The notes beneath the pieces are model-generated. The model was not told where the DNA came from. It saw nothing but the letters and a program-made list of their open reading frames with translations, and did not search any database. Of a DNA stretch of 64,000 nucleotides, positions 11,552-19,785 are shown in pieces (the first letter of the stretch is position 1; each line of letters begins with the position of its first letter). Where the stretch lies: positions 1,463 through 65,462 of the forward strand of contig JAOIVE010000002.1 of NCBI GenBank assembly GCA_028223895.1, in the 5' to 3' direction. The stretch comes from Rickettsiales bacterium. GTDB lineage: Bacteria > Pseudomonadota > Alphaproteobacteria > Rickettsiales > UBA6187. A program made the position numbers and the translations under genes.

Positions 11552-11809
11552 ATGGGTAAAAAAACTAAAAATAGTAATTCAAAGATCAGGCCGATAATTC
11601 TGGCCTGGGTTTTATTTATTGTTATTTTGCTTTTAAGTCTTGTAGCTGAGCATGCTACTCATCCGCATGTTGTTTTTGGAATTGAAGATATTCCGTATTT
11701 TAATGCAATATTTGGCTTTTTATCGTGTGTGGCAATAGTTTTAGTATCGAAAATATTAGGTGTATTCTTGAAAAAACCGGAAAATTATTATGGAGGTGAT
11801 GATGCCTGA
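11552..11809 (+). CDS. Small two-TM membrane protein of unknown function embedded in the Mrp cluster
   Basis: 85-aa ORF with two hydrophobic helices flanking a His-rich loop (EHATHPH). Tightly packed between two antiporter-like subunit genes. No family recognised. Confidence 0.5.
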   Translation: MGKKTKNSNSKIRPIILAWVLFIVILLLSLVAEHATHPHVVFGIEDIPYFNAIFGFLSCVAIVLVSKILGVFLKKPENYYGGDDA

Positions 11810-13556
11810 TTTGTTTTCTTCTGTTCCTCCAGGGTTGATATTGATAATAGGTAGTCTTTTTTTGCCTTTATTTAAGGGTAATTTACGCCATATTTTAGTT
11901 ATAATTCTCCCTATCTTAACTTTAGCGCAAGTTTGGAATGTTCAGTTTGATCCTGAGGATTTATACAGTGTTCCGGTAGCAGGGTTTAATTTATATCCTT
12001 TATATATGCATTCATATACACTGGTTTTTGCAACGGTGTTTTCAATAGCTGCTTTTGCCGGTGGCCTTTATGCTTTAAAGCAGGCTAAAGTTACGGAACT
12101 TGTGGCGGCATATATTTATGCGGGAAGCGCTATCGGAGTTACTTTTTCAGGTGATTTTCTGAGTTTGTTTTTCTTTTGGGAGCTTATGGCTATTGGCTCT
12201 ACGATCGTTATATTTGTATCTAGCAGTAAAGAATCAAATAAGGCTGGCTTGCGCTATGCAATGATGCATTTCTTTGGCGGTGTCCTGCTTATGGGCGGCA
12301 TTGTAGTTCATATTATAATAAGTGGCGGTGATGTTATGATTAGGCATCTTGATGCTGATTTAACATTCTTGCTGCCATTAAGTCACCTTGATATGAACGG
12401 AATATCTCTTTGGCTAATGCTTATTGGAGTTTTGATTAATGCTGCTGCTCCGCCATTTTCTGCATGGCTTGCGGATGCCTATCCGGAGGGCTCTCCTTCA
12501 GGCTCAGTGTTTTTATCTGCTTTTACTACTAAAACGGCAGTTTTTGTTTTATTAACAGTTTTTGCCGGAGCTAAGTTGCTTATAATAGTTGGCTTATTCA
12601 TGGTTTTCTATGGCATTATAATGGCGATATTAGAAAATGATATGCGTCGTATATTGTCTTATAGTATTGTCAATCAGGTTGGTTTTATGGTGACGGGCAT
12701 AGGTATTGGAACAACCCTTGCTCTAAATGGTGTGGCAATGCATGCTTTTTGTCATATTATTTATAAGGCGCTATTATTTATGTCGGCAGGTTCAGTTTTA
12801 TATATGACTGGCAAAAGCCGTTGTACTGAGCTTGGTGGTTTATATAGAACTATGAAATTAACGGCGATTTGTGGAATCATTGGTGCGCTTGCGATTTCGG
12901 CTTTTCCTTTAACTTCTGGCTTTGTTAGTAAGTCGTTAATTGCCTCTGCTGCGCAAAATGAAAAATTAGGTTTAGTTTGGTTGTTGTTATTAATGGCTTC
13001 TGCTGGTGTGTTTTTACATGCCGGAGTTAAGTTTCCGTGGTTTGTATTTTTTCAAAAAGATTCAGGAATGCGTCCGAAAGATCCCCCTTGGAACATGAAG
13101 CTGGCGATGATTTTATTTTCAGCTTTATGTATAATCCCGGCGATTCCTGGTGTTGCTGAGCAAACAATTTATAAGCTTCTTCCAAATGAAGTAACTTATC
13201 AATCTTATACTCCTGAACATGTTGTTGGGCAGTTACAGCTGTTGCTATTCTCTGGCTTTGCATTTTTCCTGATGTTACCTTTATTGAAACGCACAAAAAC
13301 AATAAGCCTTGATTTTGACTGGTTTTATAGAGGTTTAGCCTATTATTTTTATGCTATGTTTAAAGTTCTTTCAAAAAGACCTGTGCAATATTTGAGGATT
13401 TTAGGAAGAAAGGCGTTAAGGAAATCTTACTTTATAATTTGCCATGTTAATGGCCCGGGTGGTGTTTTGGCAAGAAGTTGGTCTGTTGGGGTAACTATTT
13501 TATGGGCATTGGTGTTATTTGGAATATATATGAGCCTATATTATATAAAGTTCTAA
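11802..13556 (+). CDS. Third antiporter-like subunit (MrpA/NuoL/MrpD family) with extra C-terminal TM helices
   Basis: The ORF track starts at 11790. The ATG at 11802 is better spaced from the GGAGG and gives an ATGCCTGA overlap with the upstream stop. PPFSAWLADAYPEGSPSGSVFLSAFTTKTA and SYSIVNQVGFM motifs. Confidence 0.8.
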   Translation: MPDLFSSVPPGLILIIGSLFLPLFKGNLRHILVIILPILTLAQVWNVQFDPEDLYSVPVAGFNLYPLYMHSYTLVFATVFSIAAFAGGLYALKQAKVTELVAAYIYAGSAIGVTFSGDFLSLFFFWELMAIGSTIVIFVSSSKESNKAGLRYAMMHFFGGVLLMGGIVVHIIISGGDVMIRHLDADLTFLLPLSHLDMNGISLWLMLIGVLINAAAPPFSAWLADAYPEGSPSGSVFLSAFTTKTAVFVLLTVFAGAKLLIIVGLFMVFYGIIMAILENDMRRILSYSIVNQVGFMVTGIGIGTTLALNGVAMHAFCHIIYKALLFMSAGSVLYMTGKSRCTELGGLYRTMKLTAICGIIGALAISAFPLTSGFVSKSLIASAAQNEKLGLVWLLLLMASAGVFLHAGVKFPWFVFFQKDSGMRPKDPPWNMKLAMILFSALCIIPAIPGVAEQTIYKLLPNEVTYQSYTPEHVVGQLQLLLFSGFAFFLMLPLLKRTKTISLDFDWFYRGLAYYFYAMFKVLSKRPVQYLRILGRKALRKSYFIICHVNGPGGVLARSWSVGVTILWALVLFGIYMSLYYIKF

Positions 13557-13651
13557 GTTCTGTTGGTTAATTTTAATAAATTAATAGCAAACTTGCTTTT
13601 TCTCATTAATTGCCTATATTGCAGGCGAAAAACTAATAAAGAGCGCGTGCT

Positions 13652-14959
13652 ATGATTCCTCGTTATTCTAGAGAAGAGATGGTTTCTATATGGGAGCCAA
13701 AGAATAAATTTCGTATTTGGTTTGAGATAGAAGCTTATGCTTGCGATGCGCAGGCAAATTTAGGTGTTGTACCAAAAGAAGATGCGGAAAATATCTGGAA
13801 AAATGCGCCAAAAGAGTGGACTGATGAGGATATAGAAAAAATTGATGCTATTGAAAGAGTAACTAAGCACGATGTGATAGCATTCTTAACTCATCTGGCA
13901 AGTTATATTGGCGATAGTAGCCGCTTTGTTCATCAGGGAATGACAAGTTCAGATGTTCTGGATACTTGCCTTTCAGTGCAGTTAAAGCAGGCGGCAGATT
14001 TGTTGCTTGAAGATATGGATAAGCTACTTGTAGCGTTGGAAAGGCGTGCTAAAGAAACTAAAGATATGGTTTGTATAGGTCGCAGCCATGGCATTCATGC
14101 TGAGCCTGTAACTATGGGGCTAAAATTTGCAAGATTTTATGCTGAAATGAAACGCAATAAAAAGCGTTTGGAAGATGCTCGTGCTGAAATATCTGTATGT
14201 GCGATATCTGGCGCGGTTGGAACTTTTGCTAATATTGATCCATCAGTTCAGGATTATGTAGCGCAGAAGTTGGGTTTATCTTCAGAAACTGTTTCGACGC
14301 AAGTTATCCCGCGCGACAGACATGCTATGTTTTTTGCTGTTTTGGGTGTTATAGCAAGTTCAATCGAGAATGTTGCTGTAGAAATTCGTCATATGCAGCG
14401 TACGGAAGTTTTGGAGGCAGAGGAGTTTTTCTCTAAGGGGCAAAAAGGAAGTTCTGCTATGCCTCATAAGCGTAATCCTGTTTTGACTGAGAATTTGACA
14501 GGTTTGGCAAGGCTTGTTCGCAGTGCTGTAACTCCTGCTTTAGAAAATGTTGCGCTTTGGCATGAGCGTGATATTTCACATTCTTCTGTTGAACGTATGA
14601 TTGGCCCTGATGCTACTGTAACTTTAGATTTTGCATTGGCTCGCTTGACCAATGTTATAGATAATCTGGTTTTATACCCAGAGAATATGAAAAGAAATAT
14701 GGATTCTATGCGTGGTTTGGTTTTCTCGCAAAGAGTATTGCTAGAGCTTACACAAAAAGGTGTGAGCCGTGAGGATTCTTATAAGCTGGTACAAAGAAAT
14801 GCAATGAAGGTTTGGGAAGAGGGTAAGGATTTCTTAACAGAGCTAAAAAGTGATATAGATGTTACTAAATATTTATCTTCTGAAGAATTAACATCGCTCT
14901 TTGATCTTAATTTTCATACAAAAAATGTGGATAATATATTTAATAAGGTTTTCGCATAG
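13652..14959 (+). CDS. purB: Adenylosuccinate lyase
   Basis: MIPRYSREEM...IW N-terminus and the GSSAMPHKRNP signature loop of the fumarase/ASL superfamily. Confidence 0.96.
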   Translation: MIPRYSREEMVSIWEPKNKFRIWFEIEAYACDAQANLGVVPKEDAENIWKNAPKEWTDEDIEKIDAIERVTKHDVIAFLTHLASYIGDSSRFVHQGMTSSDVLDTCLSVQLKQAADLLLEDMDKLLVALERRAKETKDMVCIGRSHGIHAEPVTMGLKFARFYAEMKRNKKRLEDARAEISVCAISGAVGTFANIDPSVQDYVAQKLGLSSETVSTQVIPRDRHAMFFAVLGVIASSIENVAVEIRHMQRTEVLEAEEFFSKGQKGSSAMPHKRNPVLTENLTGLARLVRSAVTPALENVALWHERDISHSSVERMIGPDATVTLDFALARLTNVIDNLVLYPENMKRNMDSMRGLVFSQRVLLELTQKGVSREDSYKLVQRNAMKVWEEGKDFLTELKSDIDVTKYLSSEELTSLFDLNFHTKNVDNIFNKVFA

Positions 14960-14965
14960 TTAGCC

Positions 14966-14995
14966 TTGACAGGTTGGGGTATTTTAAGGTATATC
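14966..14995 (+). promoter_or_regulatory. Sigma70-type promoter candidate for the tRNA gene
   Basis: TTGACA (14966-14971), then an 18-nt spacer, then TATATC. Lies about 20 nt upstream of the mature tRNA 5' end. Confidence 0.5.
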
Positions 14996-15017
14996 CTGCT
15001 CATTAAATTCACCCTGT

Positions 15018-15094
15018 GGCGGGGTAGCTCAGCTGGTTAGAGCGGAGGAATCATAATCCTTAGGTCCGGGGTTCAAGTCCCTGTCCCGCTACCA
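15018..15094 (+). tRNA. tRNA with CAU anticodon (tRNA-Met; a lysidine-modified tRNA-Ile2 cannot be excluded)
   Basis: A hand-folded 77-nt cloverleaf. Acceptor GGCGGGG/TCCCGCT, D arm GCTC-AGCTGGTTA-GAGC, anticodon arm GAGGA-ATCATAA-TCCTT, T arm CGGGG-TTCAAGT-CCCTG, encoded CCA. Confidence 0.9.
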
Positions 15095-15121
15095 TTTCTT
15101 GTAATGGCTATATTGATATAT

Positions 15122-15193
15122 CTAGATAAATGGCACAAAGGGTATGCATGCTGAGATTGCCAGAGCGCAAGCTATTAAAATAATAATTCTCAT
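15122..15193 (-). CDS. Candidate 23-aa lipoprotein-type micro-ORF (MRIIILIACALAISACIPFVPFI)
   Basis: Not in the ORF track (too short). AAGGA SD 7 nt upstream of the ATG. Signal-peptide-like sequence with lipobox ISAC. Same strand as, and just downstream of, the MNIO/DUF2063 pair. Confidence 0.25.
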   Translation of the reverse strand: MRIIILIACALAISACIPFVPFI

Positions 15194-15247
15194 AATTTAT
15201 CCTTAATTTTTTGAAAAAATAAACCCATTCTTTTTAGAATAATGGAT

Positions 15248-16033
15248 TTATTTTTTATTTATATCAAGACTGAAGTCAACTAAGACTCCCATTTGTATAT
15301 ATTTATTTATATTTGTAACCAAATCAAAATTTTCATTTATATCAGTTGCTGAATCAAATGCTTGATATAAGTTATTGTTATTAGATAATTTATCTAAGAA
15401 GTTATATTCGCAATCTTTTAATATTATAACATTTACCTGCATATCAGGGCGGGTGAGCATAAGTTTGATATTATCATCTTTTTTAAAATTATTATCTAAT
15501 TCTCCACTCATATCTTTTCTTGAAACATGCCATTTATGAAAAACTTTATAATCGCAAGAAAAAAACCTGGTAGATGGATTTAGTGTAAATTTGAGTTCAG
15601 AGTAGTCATCGGGTAATATTTTTGAGAATTTATCTACATCAAATGAAGGTGATTTATCGCAAAATATACTTTCTTGATAGAGACATTCAAGCCTTGCTAA
15701 GTTTGCAATATATTCTAAATCTCCCACCGGTTCAAAATTATCTAAAAAATCAGGAAAGTCACTCCCATATTCATACATATTAGGCTTTCTAGGAGGGTTT
15801 TTTTTAATATATTCTCTGCATGTAAAGTCAAAAAATTCTTTTCCGAGAGTTTTTTCTACCGCCGGAAAAGTCATTTTCATGGGAGATAATATATTACCAA
15901 TGCAGCTATCTTGATATATTCCAATTAAACTTTTAGCGCTAATATATTTGCTATTAAAATAATCTTTTGTAGATAATTTTTCATCTAATATATCATTTAT
16001 AAAATTTTGCTGAATTTTTTTTAGGCTTGTCAT
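15248..16033 (-). CDS. DUF2063-family protein (BufC-like partner of MNIO enzymes)
   Basis: Motifs IYQDS, FPAVEKTLGKEFFDF, YEYGSDFPDFL and ANLARLECLY match the DUF2063 pattern. Sits immediately downstream of a DUF692 gene, as in known MNIO operons. Confidence 0.8.
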   Translation of the reverse strand: MTSLKKIQQNFINDILDEKLSTKDYFNSKYISAKSLIGIYQDSCIGNILSPMKMTFPAVEKTLGKEFFDFTCREYIKKNPPRKPNMYEYGSDFPDFLDNFEPVGDLEYIANLARLECLYQESIFCDKSPSFDVDKFSKILPDDYSELKFTLNPSTRFFSCDYKVFHKWHVSRKDMSGELDNNFKKDDNIKLMLTRPDMQVNVIILKDCEYNFLDKLSNNNNLYQAFDSATDINENFDLVTNINKYIQMGVLVDFSLDINKK

Positions 16034-16036
16034 TTT

Positions 16037-16915
16037 TTACGCCGCCTTATTTTTATTTATAATATTTATTATTTTTTCAGCTTTATTTTTTTCTTCTAGT
16101 AAAATATCTAAGTCTGGTATGTCATTATCCCACTCAATCAATGTGGGGGTGTTAGCAAATTTTTTGGCAGCCTTTTTATATAAATCCCAAACTGGCTCAT
16201 ATACAGGACGGCTGTGGGTGTCAATTAACACATCCTGTCCTTCGACTTTTTTTGCTTCAAAGCCGGCAAGGTGCATTTCCTTGACTATATTTACAGGAAT
16301 TTGTTCAAGGTAATTTTCTGCATCAAAATCATGATTATAAGAGCTGACAAAAATATTATTTATATCCAGTAATATTCCACAGCCAGTTTTTTTAGCCAGG
16401 CTAGATAAAAACTCCCACTCATTTATATTAGAGTTTTTATATGAAATATAGGCAGAAGGATTTTCGATCAATATTTGCCGATTTAAAAAATTCTGAACAT
16501 AGTTGATATTTTCTGCAAATATATCAAAGGCTTCCTGTGTGTAAGGTATGGGCAGCAAATCAGGTAAATAGATTTTTTCTTCTGACGTACTCCACGATAA
16601 ATGATCTGAAACTAAAGATGGTTCAAAATAATCGATCGTAGCCTTAATTTTCTTTAAATGCTCTTTGCGAATTGAACAATTGGTTGATGCTGATCCTAAA
16701 GACATACCTATAGAATGGGCTGATATAGGGTAATCTCTTCTGATTTTTTCAAGATGTTTAGAAGGAGGGCTTCCTAAAGCAAAATAGTTTTCTGTGTGAA
16801 TTTCAAGCCATGGGACATTTGGCTTATCTTCTATGAAATTTTTAAAATGCTGATGACGCAGCCCAAGGCCAACACCTGAGATATTATTTTTACAAAAAAT
16901 GGCTTCGTCAATCAT
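16037..16915 (-). CDS. DUF692 / MNIO-family (MbnB/BufB-like multinuclear non-heme iron oxidative) enzyme
   Basis: GVGLGLRHQHF, WLEIHTENYF, SAHSIGMSLGS, VSDHLSW, LIENPSAYI, GCGILLDINNIFVSSYNH and HLAG motifs typical of UPF0276/DUF692. Confidence 0.88.
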   Translation of the reverse strand: MIDEAIFCKNNISGVGLGLRHQHFKNFIEDKPNVPWLEIHTENYFALGSPPSKHLEKIRRDYPISAHSIGMSLGSASTNCSIRKEHLKKIKATIDYFEPSLVSDHLSWSTSEEKIYLPDLLPIPYTQEAFDIFAENINYVQNFLNRQILIENPSAYISYKNSNINEWEFLSSLAKKTGCGILLDINNIFVSSYNHDFDAENYLEQIPVNIVKEMHLAGFEAKKVEGQDVLIDTHSRPVYEPVWDLYKKAAKKFANTPTLIEWDNDIPDLDILLEEKNKAEKIINIINKNKAA

Positions 16916-17060
16916 GAAAATCTCTTTTTTATAAGTAAGTTAGGTATAACTTATAAATCTATCAATTAACAAGTTTTATATAATTTATTTTCTTCAAAGA
17001 TACTTAATTTATAATGTTTAGCTATTGTTGAAATGCTTAAAGATAAGTGATAGTTAATAT

Positions 17061-18395
17061 ATGTTCAAAAAAATTTGTTATTGGTCAGTGAAAAACTTAT
17101 TTGAAGATAATATAGTTGAAAATGATAATTTGGCTCGCCCTTTAGCCGATTGTGTGCGTCCATCTTCTTTGGATGAAATATTTGGTCAGGATCATTTATT
17201 GGCAAAAGATGGTTCATTATCCAGATTGTTAGATAAGGGCTATTTGCCTAGCATAATATTATGGGGAACTCCAGGCTGCGGAAAAACAACTTTAGCAAGG
17301 CTTTTAGCTGATAAATGCGGATATAAATTTGATAGTGTATCTGCTGTTGCAAATGGTGCTGCTGATTTGCGTAAAATATTTCAGAAAGCTCAGGACTATA
17401 AAAAAATAGGTGAGCAGACCTTATTAATGGTAGATGAGATTCACCGTTTTAATCGTGCGCAGCAAGACTTATTTCTGCCATATGTTGAAGATGGAACAAT
17501 AATATTAGTTGGGGCGACAACGGAAAACCCATCATTTGAATTAAATGCGGCATTATTATCAAGATGTAAAGTTCTTGTTTTAAATGCTTTGGATGTTGAT
17601 TCTTTAAAAAAATTAATAAGCCGTGCAGAAGAATTTAAGGGTAGGGAGCTGCCTTTGGATGAAGATGCGCGACAAATTTTGTGTGAAATGGCCGATGGCG
17701 ATGGCCGTTATCTTCTGGGTATGTGTGAAGAATTATTTTATATAAAGAATGATAAATTAATTTCTCCTGAAGAACTGCCTGGCATTATTCAAAAGCGCTT
17801 TCCTATATATGATAAGAATCATGATGGGCATTATAATTTAATCAGCGCGTTACATAAATCATTGCGAGGGTCAGACCCTGATGCTGCGTTATATTGGTTT
17901 GCAAGAATGGCAGATGCCGGTGAAGATATGTTATATATAGCAAGGCGTCTTGTGCGGTTCGCTGTTGAAGATATAGGGCTTGCTGATCCACAAAGCCTGG
18001 TTCAGGCAAATGCAGCTAAAGATGCTTATCAGTTTTTAGGATCGCCTGAAGGTGATTTGGCAATATCTCAGGCTGTAGTTTATTTGGCAACTGCTCCAAA
18101 ATCTAATGCTGTATATAAGGCGCATAATGAAGTTATGCGTGATGCAAAACGTTATAGTTCAATTATGCCACCAAAACATATTTTAAATGCTCCAACTAAA
18201 TTAATGAAAGAGCAGGGATATAAAGATGGTTATATATATGATCATGATACGCCAGAATGTTTTTCCGGTCAGGATTATTTTCCAGAAGATATGGGGAGGC
18301 GTGAATATTATCTGCCAGTAGAGCGCGGTTATGAGCGCGAGATAAAAAAGCGTGTGGATTATTGGAACAAATTGAGGCAAAAAAAATCATGTTAA
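17061..18395 (+). CDS. rarA: Replication-associated recombination protein A (AAA+ ATPase)
   Basis: Walker A GTPGCGKTTLA, Walker B LLMVDEIHRFN, and the C-terminal MgsA motif SALHKSLRGSDPDAALYW. Confidence 0.93.
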   Translation: MFKKICYWSVKNLFEDNIVENDNLARPLADCVRPSSLDEIFGQDHLLAKDGSLSRLLDKGYLPSIILWGTPGCGKTTLARLLADKCGYKFDSVSAVANGAADLRKIFQKAQDYKKIGEQTLLMVDEIHRFNRAQQDLFLPYVEDGTIILVGATTENPSFELNAALLSRCKVLVLNALDVDSLKKLISRAEEFKGRELPLDEDARQILCEMADGDGRYLLGMCEELFYIKNDKLISPEELPGIIQKRFPIYDKNHDGHYNLISALHKSLRGSDPDAALYWFARMADAGEDMLYIARRLVRFAVEDIGLADPQSLVQANAAKDAYQFLGSPEGDLAISQAVVYLATAPKSNAVYKAHNEVMRDAKRYSSIMPPKHILNAPTKLMKEQGYKDGYIYDHDTPECFSGQDYFPEDMGRREYYLPVERGYEREIKKRVDYWNKLRQKKSC

Positions 18396-18769
18396 CTTTT
18401 CTTTTGGTTGGTTTAGGCGGAGCAATAGGTGCTATGGGGCGATATTTTACTGTAAGTAAAATAAGTAATATTGCAGGACATGGTTTTCCTTATGGAACTT
18501 TATGTGTAAATGTTTTTGGGTCACTTTTTATGGGTATGCTGATCGCTTATCTTGTAAAAACACTACCTCACTCAAATGAGCTAAGAGCATTTTTGGCAGT
18601 GGGAATACTTGGCGGCTTTACAACATTTTCTGCTTTTTCGCTTGATGCTATATCTTTGTTTGAAAAAGGTCTTATATTACAGTCGGCTATATATGTTATA
18701 TCATCTGTAGCATTATCTATTTTTGCGGTATTTTTAGGTCTTTATATGGTTAGGTTTATTTCTATATGA
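18389..18769 (+). CDS. crcB: Fluoride ion channel CrcB/Fluc
   Basis: The ATG at 18389 (MLTFLLVGLGGAIGA) is more plausible than the track start 18362. GTLCVNVFGS and GGFTTFS motifs. Overlaps the rarA end. Confidence 0.9.
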   Translation: MLTFLLVGLGGAIGAMGRYFTVSKISNIAGHGFPYGTLCVNVFGSLFMGMLIAYLVKTLPHSNELRAFLAVGILGGFTTFSAFSLDAISLFEKGLILQSAIYVISSVALSIFAVFLGLYMVRFISI

Positions 18770-19707
18770 CAAAAGTTGAAATGGTAAAAGTATCAGATGA
18801 TGATGGTGATATCAGGGTTGATCGCTGGTTTAAGCGTAACTATCCGAATATATCTCATTCTGCTATAGAAAAAGCCTTAAGAAAAGGCCAGATAAGAGTT
18901 GATGGCAAGAAAACTAAATCAAATGAACGTGTACAAGCAGGGCAGGAAATAAGAGTTCCTCCATTTGATAGTAAGGTTAAGGCACATAATGAGTCAGAAA
19001 AGAAAATATTAAATTTATCTAAAAAGCAATTAGATGAATTTAATTCATGGGTGATATTTGAAGATAGTGACATTTTGGTTATAAATAAGCCTTCAGGTTT
19101 GTCCGTGCAAGGCGGAACAGGAGTAGGGAAGTCGGTAGATACTTTTTTATCTAACCTGTCAAAAGATGGTATTCAGTTGCGATTAGTTCATCGCCTTGAT
19201 AAAGATACGAGCGGGGTTTTAATAATTGCTAAAAATGCTAAAACAGCAACTTGGTTGACAGAATATTTTCGTACAAAAAAAATAAAGAAATATTATTTAG
19301 CTGTAACCAAGGGTATTCCTAAGCCTTTAAGGGGAGCGATTAATCAGCCTATTAAAAAAGACGATCAAGGCGCTCGCGAAAAAATGATATGTGCTGTAGA
19401 TGGAAAAAAATCTTTAACAAATTATATTACTATAGATAAGTCAAAAGATGTGGCTTTATTGCAACTTGAGCCTGAAACTGGCAGGAAGCATCAGATAAGG
19501 GTGCATTTATTATCAATAGGTTGTCCTATTTTAGGAGATGGAAAATATGGCGGGCGTGACGCTTTTATTGATAATTTAAGTAATAAGCTGCATTTGCACG
19601 CGCAAAAAATTGAATTTAAAAATCCGCATGGAAAAAAACTTTCTTTTACAGCTGGTTTGCCATATCATATTAAGGAGACCATAGGGAGGTTTGGCTTTAA
19701 AATATAA
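18766..19707 (+). CDS. RluA-family rRNA pseudouridine synthase (RluC/RluD-like) with S4 domain
   Basis: HRLDKDTSGVL catalytic motif, KxY and GRKHQIRVH motifs. N-terminal S4-like RVDRW segment. Confidence 0.9.
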   Translation: MTKVEMVKVSDDDGDIRVDRWFKRNYPNISHSAIEKALRKGQIRVDGKKTKSNERVQAGQEIRVPPFDSKVKAHNESEKKILNLSKKQLDEFNSWVIFEDSDILVINKPSGLSVQGGTGVGKSVDTFLSNLSKDGIQLRLVHRLDKDTSGVLIIAKNAKTATWLTEYFRTKKIKKYYLAVTKGIPKPLRGAINQPIKKDDQGAREKMICAVDGKKSLTNYITIDKSKDVALLQLEPETGRKHQIRVHLLSIGCPILGDGKYGGRDAFIDNLSNKLHLHAQKIEFKNPHGKKLSFTAGLPYHIKETIGRFGFKI

Positions 19708-19785
19708 TCTAATTTTAATTGGATTTTGTAAGAGATATGTGGCATTGTGTGCCTTCGGTTTTTGTTTAACAGTTTTTGGGTATTT

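Noticed and set aside
18300-18395. A possible fluoride riboswitch ahead of crcB.
   Set aside because: The crcB start overlaps the end of the rarA coding sequence. No non-coding leader and no riboswitch-like conserved core are visible.
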